Part shown: positions 51,201-64,000 of the stretch, piece by piece
How positions within the stretch are numbered: the stretch's first letter is position 1
How the letters are laid out: every line of letters starts with the position of its first letter
NCBI GenBank assembly: GCA_024704765.1
Contig: JAKMXF010000244.1
Coordinates: 301,905-365,904, forward strand
Direction of reading: 5' to 3'
DNA length: 64,000 bases
From: Oopsacas minuta
Taxonomy: Eukaryota > Animalia > Porifera
Notes under the pieces: model-generated
The model's database searches: none
Seen by the model: only the letters and a program-made list of their open reading frames with translations
Told to the model about the DNA's origin: nothing
Program-made: the position numbers and the translations under genes

Positions 51201-53914
51201 TAATTAAGCTCAAAAACCTAATAAGCATACATTTTCACACATTTCGCTAAATCCTTTCATTTTGTGATTGATGAAATATATTTCTACAGATACGTAATCC
51301 TACAAAATGTGGAAATTTCAAATTTATGAATGCACCCAAGTTTTAGTACCCGATTTTGACCGACTACAGCTGTATTTAAAGTCTACATCATATGTGGAGT
51401 ATTATGCATTATGGTTGCCCTTAGAAAACAATTTTCCCCTTTATAAGCTTGGAAAATTTTGTGGAATCATAATGGTCACTTCCCAACACCTGCCCTATAA
51501 AAAATTCCAGACCAATTGAATTTATCTTTTCGTGTTTTCTAATTTCAAAATGTCTTACAAACATTTGAGCCGGAATGTAGTCTAGGTTGTGGTTTGATGA
51601 TATTCCATACCCAAGAACGATACCTTCTTTTTCAATTTCTTTTTCAGGATAAACCTCTTTAGAAGACATATCGTATTCTGTTCTTCCTCTTTCCAAGTTT
51701 TCATATCGCTAAGTGCATCATGAAGAAATTTCTGATAGAGATATTGCCATTATCTTTCAGTGCTCTCCAAAACTTGAATGAATCAACTCAAAGCTGCCTG
51801 TAACACTGGAATTATATGTTAACATGCTGGGAATGTCTCGAGTTTGATTCCATTGGAACAATCATTCAGCTTTACACTAGAGCCTCGTGGTATTTGCCTC
51901 AGTGATATCATTTAATATTCTAACTTGTAAAACCTTAATTCTAATTTAGGGAAATCTCCATCGCTGCTTACTTTGTTAGTATATTTTCAACAACCTAGAA
52001 TCGAGTGTAGCTGTGATAGCAATATAAATATATATTATATTCAATTACAATAATAATTACAAGTTTCACTGTCATGTTAAGTACCTCATTTGCAATGTCC
52101 ATTTGTGTGGCATTTCAATAGCGCTGTATCTATTGCTGTTCAACGATTGGAACTAGAAAGCATCTCCAACATTTGTTTATAGCTTAGTTTACTAATACAT
52201 ATGAAAAGGACAAGAAAAATGAATTATTCAAATCAAGAATAATTTACAGTTTCAAACTCTATATTATAGATTATATGCAACTGCTTATAAAATAGATGCT
52301 TAACCTAATCATCTACCTGATATTTAAGTTTGATCAAGATTAGATTATATATATGAATTATCTATATTTGAAACGACAGTGTTTCCTTGAGTAATTCATA
52401 ATCTAGTCTTAGATATATTGCTGGCTGTGCAATCCATGAACCAGGTTCTGGCTCTTTTGAAATTTGTGATCACTCATGTGTCTCTCTTCAAGATCTGTGT
52501 GAAAGTCCATTTTAGACGTTTTGATGGTTGACCTACTGTACCCTGATAGATTTGACAAATCTCACAGTTAAACTTGTCATGACAGCTTGTGAGGCATCCT
52601 TTCTTGCAACCCAATGCACCTAGGATTTCTTGATGACAAACTCTCCACTGCTCCAAATCGTTTAAGAGGCAGTTTTTTCATGATTCCAGTTGAAAAGCTT
52701 ATAGAGCCCACCATGATATTATACAGAGCAAGTTACCTTTAGTTCCGAATATAATTGGATTATAGAGAACTCAATTGCTTAGGTTTTTTCTTCCCTGCCC
52801 AAACTCAACATACAATATCAACGGCGTTCAAATAATTTTCATAGTTAGCAAGAGAATTTGACATTCAAGTAGATACTATCTTTTTATATCTAATAATCCA
52901 TTAATTCTTAGAGTATAAATACGATATCAACTATTCCTTGAAATGATATTAAGACACTTGATATTTTGTAACTCTTCCATGATATTCCAATGCTAAATCT
53001 TTAATCTACATATAGTGTTTCTCAAATATTTGGGGTATATTTTGTGCTTTCAGGTATAAATCATCCATTTATTATACCAATTGTAAATCTTAAACAATTA
53101 TATATTTCAAACACGCTACCAATTCACAATAATACTTTATAAGTATCAAATATTGACGAAATATGAAAATATGCTTTTTATATTCACTACAATAACCCTA
53201 GAACGTGCCAACTTTGATATAAAAATGTTCATACTATTATGACACCCAATTTGAAAGCCAGGTTGAGCTTTCTCGCGGGCGGCCAGTTTATACACCTGTT
53301 CTACAGTATATCGAGTACAAAAATCTTTCAATTCATTGTTCCATAGACATTCAATGAAATACTAATGGACAATTTATTTAAACATTTTAAATATACCCAG
53401 CTCAGACAAAAATATTCATCCATAACTACATTGTCTGTACAAAAACTACTTATACGATTCAACTTTAGAGCATGCAACTGTTGCATGTAACTAGCAAACA
53501 TACACGATGGAACAATGTAGCATGCAATAAAATTGTGCACAAATTTCGAAAAACAAATATGCATGTGACAATGTTGCATTGAATATTAACAATACGAGAT
53601 ACAAAATTGTTGCATGCAACATTTTATGTATTTTGTTTCATCTTGTACTATAAATTGCCTTCTAATAAGTTCGAAAATTTTCAACCCTGTGCCGCCTTTG
53701 AAATCTATCACTATATGTATGTATAGTGATTGTAAATGGTATATACTGGCACAATGTGTAAAGAGTTGAAATATTCAGAAATATCATTTAGCATCTAAAA
53801 AGGAAGTCTGTATATTGAGGTTCTCAAATATGCAGAACCAAATTTGAAATGCGATATACACACTGTTTTACTAGATAGATACATAACCATTCACACTTAA
53901 CATATATTTTACGC

Positions 53915-56900
53915 TTATAATGAGATTCTACATTTAGGAAACTTTGCTTTGAATATACTTATTATGGTGTCTAAGTCAAGCTTACTGCCTCGATCCCGAT
54001 GAATTCCTAACATTAATAAGCCATCCAAACGGTCTTGTTTCATTTCTGAGCTGAGATCATTCATTATTAGCCGTATTGAGCTGAAATTTCGTTCACACTC
54101 AGTTGCTGATGCTGGCAAGGCGCATGTAATTATGACATTTCGATGAAGCTCAAAAATGCCTCTTTTAAATTCTGCAAATATGCCTGTAATTCAAGTAGAC
54201 TATTATCCCTTTCTTAGTCTGCTTTTCTTTCTAATAAGTGTTTAAAAGTGTCAACTTCACATTTAAGAACGCTGGTGTTGGACTTGAATAATTTGCAAAG
54301 AGGATGAGTGAACTTTCATCCATGAAGCTGCTCTAGGTAGTACGTAAAATGTGATTCTTCTCAGTATGACAATGTTTTTCTCGCTAAATCTCTTTTTGAG
54401 CTCTAAAGAATTTTTCTTATGATCTCACAAACATCACAAAATATCCATCGAATCCTACTCCTGTAACTTCTTCAACATTACCCTCAATGACATAATCGCA
54501 CAAGGCTGCTGGCATCCATTTTCGTCTGACAGGTCATGTACTATCAGACAGGTTTAAACGATTGCCTACTTCTTCTGCTTCATCCTCAAACTTTTGACAC
54601 AGATCTCTCGAGCTACAGGCTCCAATTTCATCTTTTAACGTCCCAAATAGATCGATCCCTTGACTAAGATCATTTGTTAGCTTTTGCAGAATATCTGAGG
54701 CAAATTTTGCTTTCTTCAGAATATGGTCGGTAATGAGGAGATATCTAATGAAGCGGCGATCTATCTGTAACAAGTAGCCAGTTGCTTCAGTGGTACTGTT
54801 GGTGTTACTGTCGTTATCGATCACATCCAGCAGTACTTCATAGAAGATGTTGATGTTTTTCCACACTGCGTCAAACTGTTTCGCTTGCTAGGACCATCGA
54901 GTATCAGAAACTTTCCCAATCTCCATCTTCCTTACTCTATGTTGCTCCTGTATTTTCTCCCACCTGACATGAACCGTGCTGCTGCTCACAATGAGTGTAG
55001 GTTATTGAAAAGTGATAACATATTGGCCACGCAATTGACTGAATTGACAACATCGATAATTGCCAGATTTTAACTGTGATAAAAGCAATGGCTGTAATAG
55101 GAGATTTCACCACCAGTTTTTTCAGGAATTTTCTTTTCAACTCCATTCAAATGACCAGGGATAACAGATGCAATCCATCAGGACCCAAACTTTGTGCTTC
55201 AGCAATACCAATGAAATCTTCATGGGTATTTTTATAGCAGTCTCGTAAAGCTACAACGACTTATTCTCTTCTCCTGGTATCTTTAGATTCGTCTGCAAGT
55301 ATGGTGAAATATTCCGCCTCATGAAGTTCCTGTTTGAGTTGTCCCAATATCATATCCTTCATGATATCCAGCAAAGTATTCTGAACAGTTGGTGTGTGTA
55401 TTTCGCATTCATTGGACCAGTGCGAATTTATCAGCCACAACGGGATCATGTCTAGCAATTAGAGCAAGTATGCCAAGGAAAATGTCACAGGATTGACCAA
55501 AATCAAGACTTCCTTCGTTGATATTATCAGTCGAAATGGCCTACCGGTCTCATGTTGGGCAATTTCCCGTTGAGCAGTGAACAGCAAAACTTCACGTAAT
55601 GTGCGCATATATATGCTATTTTCTGTAATTGCCTTCGCATGTGCAGAGTCCTGGAGTTTAGCAACTGATTGAAAACCGCCAGACTTAACAGTTAGATACT
55701 GTGCATAAGCATTAACACATTCTGCATGCTGAAGGCTAGCTTGGTGTTGCATCAGTTTGTCACGGACTGTGGTTCCATAGCATTTCTTCCAAATACACAT
55801 ACCTGGCTTACAAATATGGGCTATTTTCTGTTTTGGGAGAAATGTCTACAGTGAAAACAGTAATAGCATCTTCGCATTCCGAATACTCTATCCATGGGTA
55901 TCTATCATACAGGGGTGAGGTAAATGCTCCGTACTGCTTGCCAATCATATGCAAAAGGAAATTATGTTACGAGGCTGCATTTGATTACTCTCTCTTGACA
56001 TCGAAATATCTTTCTGGCTTGGATTGTAAACTTTTTAACTATATTAAATTCCCAAATTTGGTTCCTGAATGCTAACATAGTCATCATGATGCAGTGTAGC
56101 TCAACAAATATAATTATAAATCAATACTACAAAAGTATAAACCAATACTACAATAATTCAATTATATGACTGAAACAAGGTTTCTCCTAAATAAGGCTAA
56201 TATTGATGACAATACTGCTGAATGCATCACAATTTTATATACCTTTGTATATGTCTTCGAGGCCAGCTGGATCGGTCTTTTCTGACATCTCACCAATCGA
56301 ACCCTCTTCACTTCCATAATACTCTTCCATCTCTTCGTTAGGGATCTTATTTTGAGAAGTTAAATCAGAAAATATAGAGGTATCACATGAGTCAAATCAT
56401 AACTCCATCGATTTTTCTGTTTCAAAGGATTCAGCCAATTTAATTCTTCTCCTTTTCGAAGTACGTCTTCTGTACTGGAACTAAAGAATGAATCCATTGT
56501 CATCAAACGACCATGATTTTCTTCAAGAAATACTGTTGGCGGTGCTATGCGACCAAACGCGTGTAGATTTTTAGGCTTGGATTTTGTATCTTTCAACATA
56601 GTCGTTTTGAAATTCTTCTTTTGCAAATAGTGCAACGGACATTGTAGCGAACAGCCTTTGCTATGTGTATGAAATATGAATCCAATATTACGTATATGAA
56701 TTCGTATATCATATTGCAACTATATATAGTTGAGCAAAGGAGTAAACTGGTGAATCTTTGTCACTTTGCTATTCAATTGCAGTAGCATAGTGGTTCTCTG
56801 ACAGTATTGCCGATCGAGTCAAAGTACATTATCAAACACATCATTAGTAAAAAGTTGAAAGGTAGAAATCCTGGCGAATACCCTTACAGAAATAAATAAC

Positions 56901-56986
56901 TTTAGAATCAATATCTTATCAAATTTCTTCCAATTCCTTCCCGATGGGGGCTGTAGCCGCCCTCGCCCCTCCCAGCGCCATCCCTG
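53915..56986 (-). mobile_element. Decayed hAT element with ZMYM1-like transposase pseudogene
   Basis: TIR-like left end CAGGGATGGCGCTGGGAGGGG at 56986 (minus). Coding remnants: ATG near 56503, YPWIEYSE, FTILADESKD, LITDHILKKAKFASDILQ, C-terminal PASATECERNFSS...DRLDGLLMLGIH ending 53915. The other TIR was not found. Confidence 0.85.
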
Positions 56987-57879
56987 CTACCGGTACTAAT
57001 TATAAAATTTCGGAATTCATAATCAGTGATCTGATGATATATTTAAACAAACTTTTACAATTTGAAATGATTAGGTTTGGAAATCCTGAGGTACCATGGA
57101 TTATAAATTAAATAAATAATCAATAGAACTCAACAGAATCTATGTGTTCGCAATTAAGTCAGGCCATCCCTAGTAAATACCCGACTTCCCCATACACTAA
57201 TAATACATTTTGACAAATGTTTTACTCATGAAGAGGTAATATAGTTATCATAATTTATGCTTTCAACATGGATTATGTACTAGTAAATAGAGTGATAATA
57301 TGAAAATGGAATTTAAGAGCATGGGAATATAAAACTACAATACAACTTTCATAAATTACAGTGTAACGCACAGTCACTACTCTATAGTATTTCGGTTGTG
57401 TAGATTTTCTTTCTTTTATAACTGTTTCCTTTTCTAATGTTTTGTCAAGCGCCTTCATTAGCTGCTCTGTACTCTTTTGGTGTGATCGTGTGACGAAGTT
57501 ACGCGTCGAATGATATATATCAATTAACTAAAATTCGCCAAACAAATCATGTTTCTCTGAACCAATCCCCACATGTCATACAATCATTTACTGATAATCA
57601 TAAATTGATCTTATAATATAAATACATCTCTAGAAACAACAGTTTTTCCTACTCATAAGCAAACTCATAAGCAATAAGTGGTTTACACTATTAATAAAAT
57701 ATTCTTCCTTTGAGGTAAATAACTATCTAATAATTGATTGCAAACTTACGATTCTTATAAAAAATAATAGAACGAATTGAGTATGAAGAATTGGACAAAT
57801 ATTTCTCTGCTACAAATTCACAATGCCCTAAGCTGCAATCTAATTATCGTAGATTTCATTCGACTAAACTGCTTTGATA

Positions 57880-58925
57880 AAGTTGTTTAGAGATGTTACT
57901 CGTTCAATTGATGCTGGGAAGGAGTTTGCCTTGGTTTGTCTTGATTTATCCAGCGGTTATGATACAGATAATCACATCTTTCTTATAAACGCTTAAATGT
58001 TAAATAATGGGTTGTCTGGCAAAGTCTTGGAATTTGTTGAGTCTTATCTAGATAGTAGGGTACAAGTTGTAATATTAATGGATCCTGCTCAAGTCTATCA
58101 ATATATGGCGGGGGTTCCTCAGTGATGTGTACTTGGTCCCTTACTTATTAATCTGTACATCACTACAATGGAAGATATAATTAGTGATCACTGATTAACT
58201 GGAATTATTTATGTGGATGATACTCAAATACATATCTATATAGCAATTAAAACTTGAAGAATTGGTACATTCTCTAGAAGATCTTCTAGATGATGTGTGT
58301 AGTTACTTCACCCCTAATAAACTGATTTGTAATTCAACTAAGTCAAATTTAATGGAATTCTCTACGAAATTTAAGGCCACACCATCATTTACATATATTA
58401 ATTTTGGCTACTTTACAGCCTATCAATAGGATACGCAACCTAGGTGTTATTTGGGATTGTAATCTATCAATGTAGCAGCATATGAGCAAAATTTGTATTC
58501 AACAGGGTTACCTCTAAGTCGATTTAGATACATTGCAGAAGATCTTGGTAAAAACCCAACAGCTAGACCAGTTCATGCGTTTAACCTAAGTATGCTAGAC
58601 TACTGTATTTCCATAGTTTATGATCTACCTGATAAAGAATTGAATAGACTTCAAAGAATCCACAATTCTCAGCCCGCTAAATATCTGGAGCAAAAAATAT
58701 GATAATATTAGTACAGTGGTAAAGAGACTTCATTGGTTGCCAATTGTAACAAGCAGTGAATTATGATTCCCTGGAATGTGTACTAAGTTGTTCATGGCAA
58801 TTGTCCATTTAATTAGGTGACCTAATTCACCATTGTGAAAATCAAGAAAATGTCAGATCATCAGATACGAATATACATAAACAAGCCAGACCTAGATGGC
58901 AGAACTATGGGAATCGGTCTTTATC
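57880..58925 (+). pseudogene. CR1/L2-like LINE reverse transcriptase fragment
   Basis: LVCLDLSSGYDT (LDLSxAFDT-like), GVPQ*CVLGPLL (GVPQGSVLGP-like), IIYVDDTQI (YADD-like), FNLSMLDYC; many stops and frameshifts. Confidence 0.85.
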
Positions 58926-58930
58926 TAGAG

Positions 58931-60260
58931 CAGCGTTTCTCAAACGGGGTACTTGGAAATTTTGGGTACGAGACCTACATAATCGTTCTTTATTCATCTT
59001 TGATTGTTTGAAATATAGTTTAATCTGGTCTATATTTGGTAGGATACAGTGCGGGTCTAAGTAGGCTAATTAATTGAAAATTAGCCAAAAATTATGAACT
59101 ATTTAGTTAGGTAGATAACAATACCACAAATATAACTGTTTTTGGTAGATTTTTACATTCTATAGCATCAATACTTGATAAATTTGCTCTTCAATGACAA
59201 GAAAGATAACTGGAACAAAAAGGAGGAATAATGATCCCTTTTACTTGTCATTTGGTTTTATCTAACAAATCAAAGGAAAATCAATGCTTCCATTATGTGT
59301 TGTGTGCAATAAAACCTTAACAAACGCACTAATGAAACCAAACACCCTAAAGAAACATTTAGAGACTTCTCCTATGGAACACAAAGATAAAGCAGTAGAC
59401 TTTTCGAGCGAAGGTGGGGTTCTTGAGGCAATACAGATGAAAATCCTGATAAAGGAGGTAAATATAAGTCAAAAAGCGAAAGAAGAATCATATTTAGTAG
59501 GTTTCCTTATTGCAAAAGCAAAAATCACATACCATACCAAATCGTTTATTTTACCTTGTGCTGGTGAACTTTGCAGAGCAGCACTAGATGAAAAGGCAGC
59601 AATTGAAATCCAAATAGTTCCACTGTCTAAAGATTCTATCCAGCGAAGGATTGATGACATGACCATAGATGTAGAACGTCAACCAATCTTAAAGAGACAG
59701 AAAGCAGATGGATATTTTCTGGAACTGGATGAGTCGGTTGATATCACTACTAAAACCCAGCTACTATGTTATGTGAGATACATGAGCGATAAGAACTTCG
59801 AAGAAGAAATGCACTTTTGTAAGGCACGAGAAACTCACACAAGAGCTCTATATGTATTGAACACTGCCAATGATTAGTTGACTAAGAATAAACTTAACTG
59901 GGATAGTTGCATTCCCATATCTACAGATCGCGCTGCTGCAATGACTGGTAAAAGGTCTGGATTCATAACTCGTGTTAAGAGAAAACCACAATGTAGTTGG
60001 CATACATTGTATCATTCATAGAGAGGCACTCGCTAGCAATCATGCAAGGCAGCCTGAATTGTGCATCCTTAACTGCTGTTAAAATAGTAAACTTCATCAA
60101 AGCTCGAGCACTTAACTCAAGGCGATTTACTAAACAATGGGAGGAAATGGGGCTGTACATACGCAATTATTTTTGCATACAGAAGTGGCTCTCGCTGGGC
60201 AGTCTTCACTCGTAAATTTGAATTACGTGAAAAATTTCACATATTTCTGGGAGGGACAAA
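58931..60260 (+). mobile_element. Truncated Buster/Charlie-type hAT element
   Basis: Left TIR CAGCGTTTCTCAAAC at 58931, preceded by ATCTAGAG (NNNTANNN). Transposase remnant PLCVVCNKTL...MKPNTLKKHLET, PLSKDSIQRRIDDM, LELDESVD, STDRAAAMTG. 3' end not found. Confidence 0.8.
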
Positions 60261-60610
60261 GTCAAAAATACCATTGCTTCGCCTAACTTGAATGAGAATT
60301 ACCATTAATATGTAATAATAATGTATATTCTAGAGCATATTATGGTCCCGCCCAAACTGCCCAGCCGAAAGTAACCTTTATGCCAAAAACAGCCCTGGGC
60401 GTGTTCCAGTTTCTTTAATTAATCCCGAACATTAAAACATACATATATATACACAGCTAACTATATAAAGATTATTTGCGTTTGAATAGTATAGATGTTG
60501 TTCTCGCTCTATCTAACTGTGTTTGCATGGAAGCCGAGAGGATTGTCGCAAACACTTCAAACTCTTAGGAGTTCAAAAATCAATAATATTTAGTCTACAA
60601 AAGGCAAACA

Positions 60611-62370
60611 CACAGTGGGCGATTTTTGGTAAAATTTCCAGTGGACTTTAACTTCAACAGTTTCCATTATTTTCGCCTGAATTTTTGAGTACTGGGGTTT
60701 GAAATAAAGACAATTTTTTGGCATGTCAGATTTTGAGAATGAGTTTGATTTGGAAATTATTACATCATATTTAATGTCCAAAAATATTCAAATTCATTTC
60801 GTTTCTTATAATTCATGACTATATAAGATATCCATAATAGTATCTTATTTCAATACCAATACTGCAACTAGGCAAGGCATTAATCATTGAAGAATTCTAT
60901 CCCAATCTTGTATGAAGCATAATATTGTAATTCGGATATGTTGTATAGGAATTTGTTATATAATGTGACTACAAAATAAATATATATTCAAACCTAAGTT
61001 AGTTTATATCAAATAATTTCACATAAATTATAGTCACATAAACCTATAAAATTCACTTACAATTCATGAAGTAAATGAAATATTTCTAGAAAGTAAACAG
61101 GGTAATCGAAATGTTGAAGTAGAATAATTGGAGAAAACCTTGAAATCGACTCACAATTACCAACGTCCCCAAAAGATGTGTAGAACCACCATTTGAGGTG
61201 TACTCGGCTTACCAATGTACCACGATCTGTGCGAAAATAGTCTTGAACAAATTGTTCTTAAGTATCAGTGCTATATTACAAGTACTGAAACATCAGCTCA
61301 AAGTTAGCCTGTGGTCGAAAATTCGTGATTTTCGTACAACTTTAATACCGCCATTCTAATTTAACCAATAAAGATAAAACCCTATTGGAGTAACAGTTAA
61401 CTACATTGACCACATAGTAAATATCTTGAGACTTAGTATTACACTCTATACAAATCAATTGAAGAACCCCTATTGTACCTGCTCAACTTTATGGTCAAAC
61501 ATGGTGTAGATGGGTCGGGAAGTTACAGTGTGTATAATCTTAGATCTCAAACAGCTTTTGATCGTTCACATTGTCTCTTGTTTATGGTTTCTCCTCTTGA
61601 ATTGAAGATTGCCAAGGAAATTTGGTCCGAGCTAATCAATACCCAAATTCTAGATTTCCAAACAGCCAATAGCATTGCTATCTCAAAAAGAGAACATTTA
61701 AAGTGTCACTACTCAAACGAAATTCTTGAATTCACAAATTGACGTACTCGTGTCAACTGAATTCGGGAATGAAAGTGGACTTGTGAATAATAGTTGAGTT
61801 AAACATTACATCAATATAGTAACATTAGTTCAACATCCATAGTAACCAAAAGTATAGAATGGAATGTCGGCCTTATTTGGGTTTCGCTGAACAACGATTA
61901 GTAGAATAGCCATATTAGATAGTCATCATGCGTGTAATATCCTGAATAGTGCGAGAAACTTTTGCCACGACAAAATACGTTCGCATCATTCATTTTATAT
62001 AACGCATCATCAGGCTGTATCATCACAAAGTTTAAATAATAGAAAATTAATTTAATTTTACGGAAATTGGTTTGAGTTGTAAAATAAACATTAGAACTAC
62101 ACCTAATGTAGGTTTGATGGTATTTGAAGGATAATATTATGCATACATACATAGGAATTTAAGTTGGGTGAACAAAACATGATTTCAAAAGCCCCTAAAA
62201 TTAACATAATTAGGTGAGACTTTGAGATAGAACAACATTCATGTAAGTTGATTGAGATAAAAAGCAATTATAGATATGGATACACCTGCATATTTCTAAT
62301 CATTCTCAATATATATTGGCAAGATTGAAATATGAAAATTTCCCCTACTGGAAGCGAATAACCCACTGTG
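60611..62370 (+). mobile_element. Internally deleted RAG1-like/Transib element, copy 3 (1760 bp)
   Basis: Inward-facing CACAGTGGG termini at 60611 and 62370 enclose fragment 61473-61742, KHGVDGSGSYS...LLFMVSPLE, similar to copy 1 KYGLDGSGSHS...IVFMVSPLQ. No TSD seen. Confidence 0.75.
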
Positions 62371-64000
62371 GGAATTTACGTGAGGAAGAATTTGTTCCAT
62401 TGTCTATTGAACCTCATTATATTATCTAAAAGTTCATTAAGCAATCAATTTGAATTAAATAACACTTCGTTACACCAATTCTTTAGTACTTGAGTTACTA
62501 TAGGGCAAATATTTATATTAGCGGAGGGATGATAATAACAGCATCAAATTCACCAACATCTTCATTGTTCTCTTCAGAATCAGAATATTCAATTACGCAA
62601 CCAATGTGGAATGTAATCGTTGATTGAGCAAAAACAGTGTATTGTCATTCATTATTGTTTTCAAATATAATTCTTTAGATAATACACTCGTCAAAAAATA
62701 ATTAACGTTCCTTATTGTTTGAAGAAATTCTATCACTGTAGCCGTTCTAGAGCATCCTGATTCAGAAAATTATTTTCAGTATTTTTACCCAGATCAGGTT
62801 TTCAGGAGAAAGTCACTCACAAATTTGAAAATATATCCTGATTCAATGTCAAATTCATACGATGGCTCAAGAAATATGATATATGTACCATATATAAGAG
62901 TCCAATGCTAATACATTATTGAAATATTTCTTATAGTGCTTCGTTTGCTAGGTCGCTTCGGAAAATATTAGGAAATCGAGAGAGAATTTGTCCACTCAGA
63001 GATTCAGAAAACAGCTGTATCTTGCAAATATTGTAGAAACACCAAGATATATAAACTTTGTTAGTATATATACACTTACTTCTACAAGGTAAAAGGTAAA
63101 ATCTGGAGCAATGTTACATAACGTTATCAAATAGTTTCTTGAGGAACAAAATCATATGAATTTGAAATATTTACCCTATAATAAGAAATACTTGAAAATT
63201 TATGAAATACTTTTCCCTGTTTGTGTATGTCCGAAAGGATGCTACCTGATTGGAGAAGGTTTTGGCGGTATAGTGAATTGATGTGACCTTTTCCAAAATT
63301 TACATCACCATCACCATAATCTGCCTAAATTGGCTGGAAATCTGTAGGTACATGAGTTATGAAGCTCCGAACAATACAGGTTACGTGCAAGACAATATCA
63401 AACCTTTAGAACGTTTCACTTTGCTTTTCAATACATATCCACTGAAGGCTAAACAATTATGATAACTAACGCCAATAATATAAATGAAGTCATAAGAATT
63501 TCAATAAAATTAATATTGTATTGATAATGTCTACTTTACTCCTTTATTCTTAATCTCAAGGGCTTAGCTATCCGTCTTGCTCGTATCCTGTACACATTGC
63601 AGCTTGTAAATTCATGTACCCACAGATTGCTTGCCAATATGCTAATGTTGTATATTTAGTGATGCAATGTTGGGCTAAGTTACATCTATTTCACTACATG
63701 TCAGAGGTTACTTCCTCAATCAAGTAGCATTCTTGCTGACATGTACACACGCACTATGTCATGCATTTCAAAGTACTTAACGGTTAGTGAGAAAATGATG
63801 CATTTTAGGTTTCCGTGGCCCTATTTTGAGATTGGGCGACCGGTGGACAACGTAGAAATAAAATATTTTGAATAGAACAAGACCAATATGTATAACTAAA
63901 AGTGTCAAAATGATTAATATAAGGAATATTTGCATTGAATTTGTATTGAATACATACTTTTTGTGCCCGAAAAACATCAAATTCCTGGAGTTGCATTAAG

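Noticed and set aside
62540-62610. Minus-strand EYSDSEENNEDVGEFDAVIIIPP, reminiscent of piggyBac N-termini
   Set aside because: Low-complexity acidic text with no TTAA-bounded TIRs or catalytic region seen.
63246-63324. ADYGDGDVNFGKGHINSLY, weakly like UBR4 DVEFGGNDLLQVY
   Set aside because: Weak similarity, and an in-frame stop separates it from the upstream matching words.
1-64000. CRISPR arrays, rRNA/tRNA genes, prokaryotic operons, and most 60-100 aa ORFs in the track
   Set aside because: No regular repeat-spacer arrays or RNA-gene signatures were seen. The short ORFs are consistent with chance or with antisense shadows of TE remnants.

Overview
AT-rich eukaryotic (metazoan-like) genomic DNA; GC is roughly one-third by eye. 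I found no prokaryotic genes, RNA genes or CRISPR arrays. Four minus-strand exons (38322-38592, 30235-30464, 12265-12533, 1208-1603) have canonical AG/GT sites and compatible phases. They encode a segment resembling the middle of the giant E3 ligase UBR4 (p600/pushover/BIG family). The introns between them (about 8-18 kb) and the rest of the window are packed with decayed transposons: several hAT elements (ZMYM1-like and Buster/Charlie-like, two with perfect 8-bp TSDs), a DD37D maT/Tc1-mariner element, a CR1/L2-like LINE fragment, MITEs, a long-TIR foldback element and a Helitron-like repeat family. The most notable signal is three RAG1-like (Transib-superfamily) elements bounded by RSS-heptamer CACAGTG termini. 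Two retain nearly the whole RAG1 core. One also carries a C-terminal motif resembling the ProtoRAG CTT zinc motif. None has room for a RAG2-like gene. All protein-family assignments come from motifs recalled from memory, not from database searches, and the taxon cannot be determined from the sequence.
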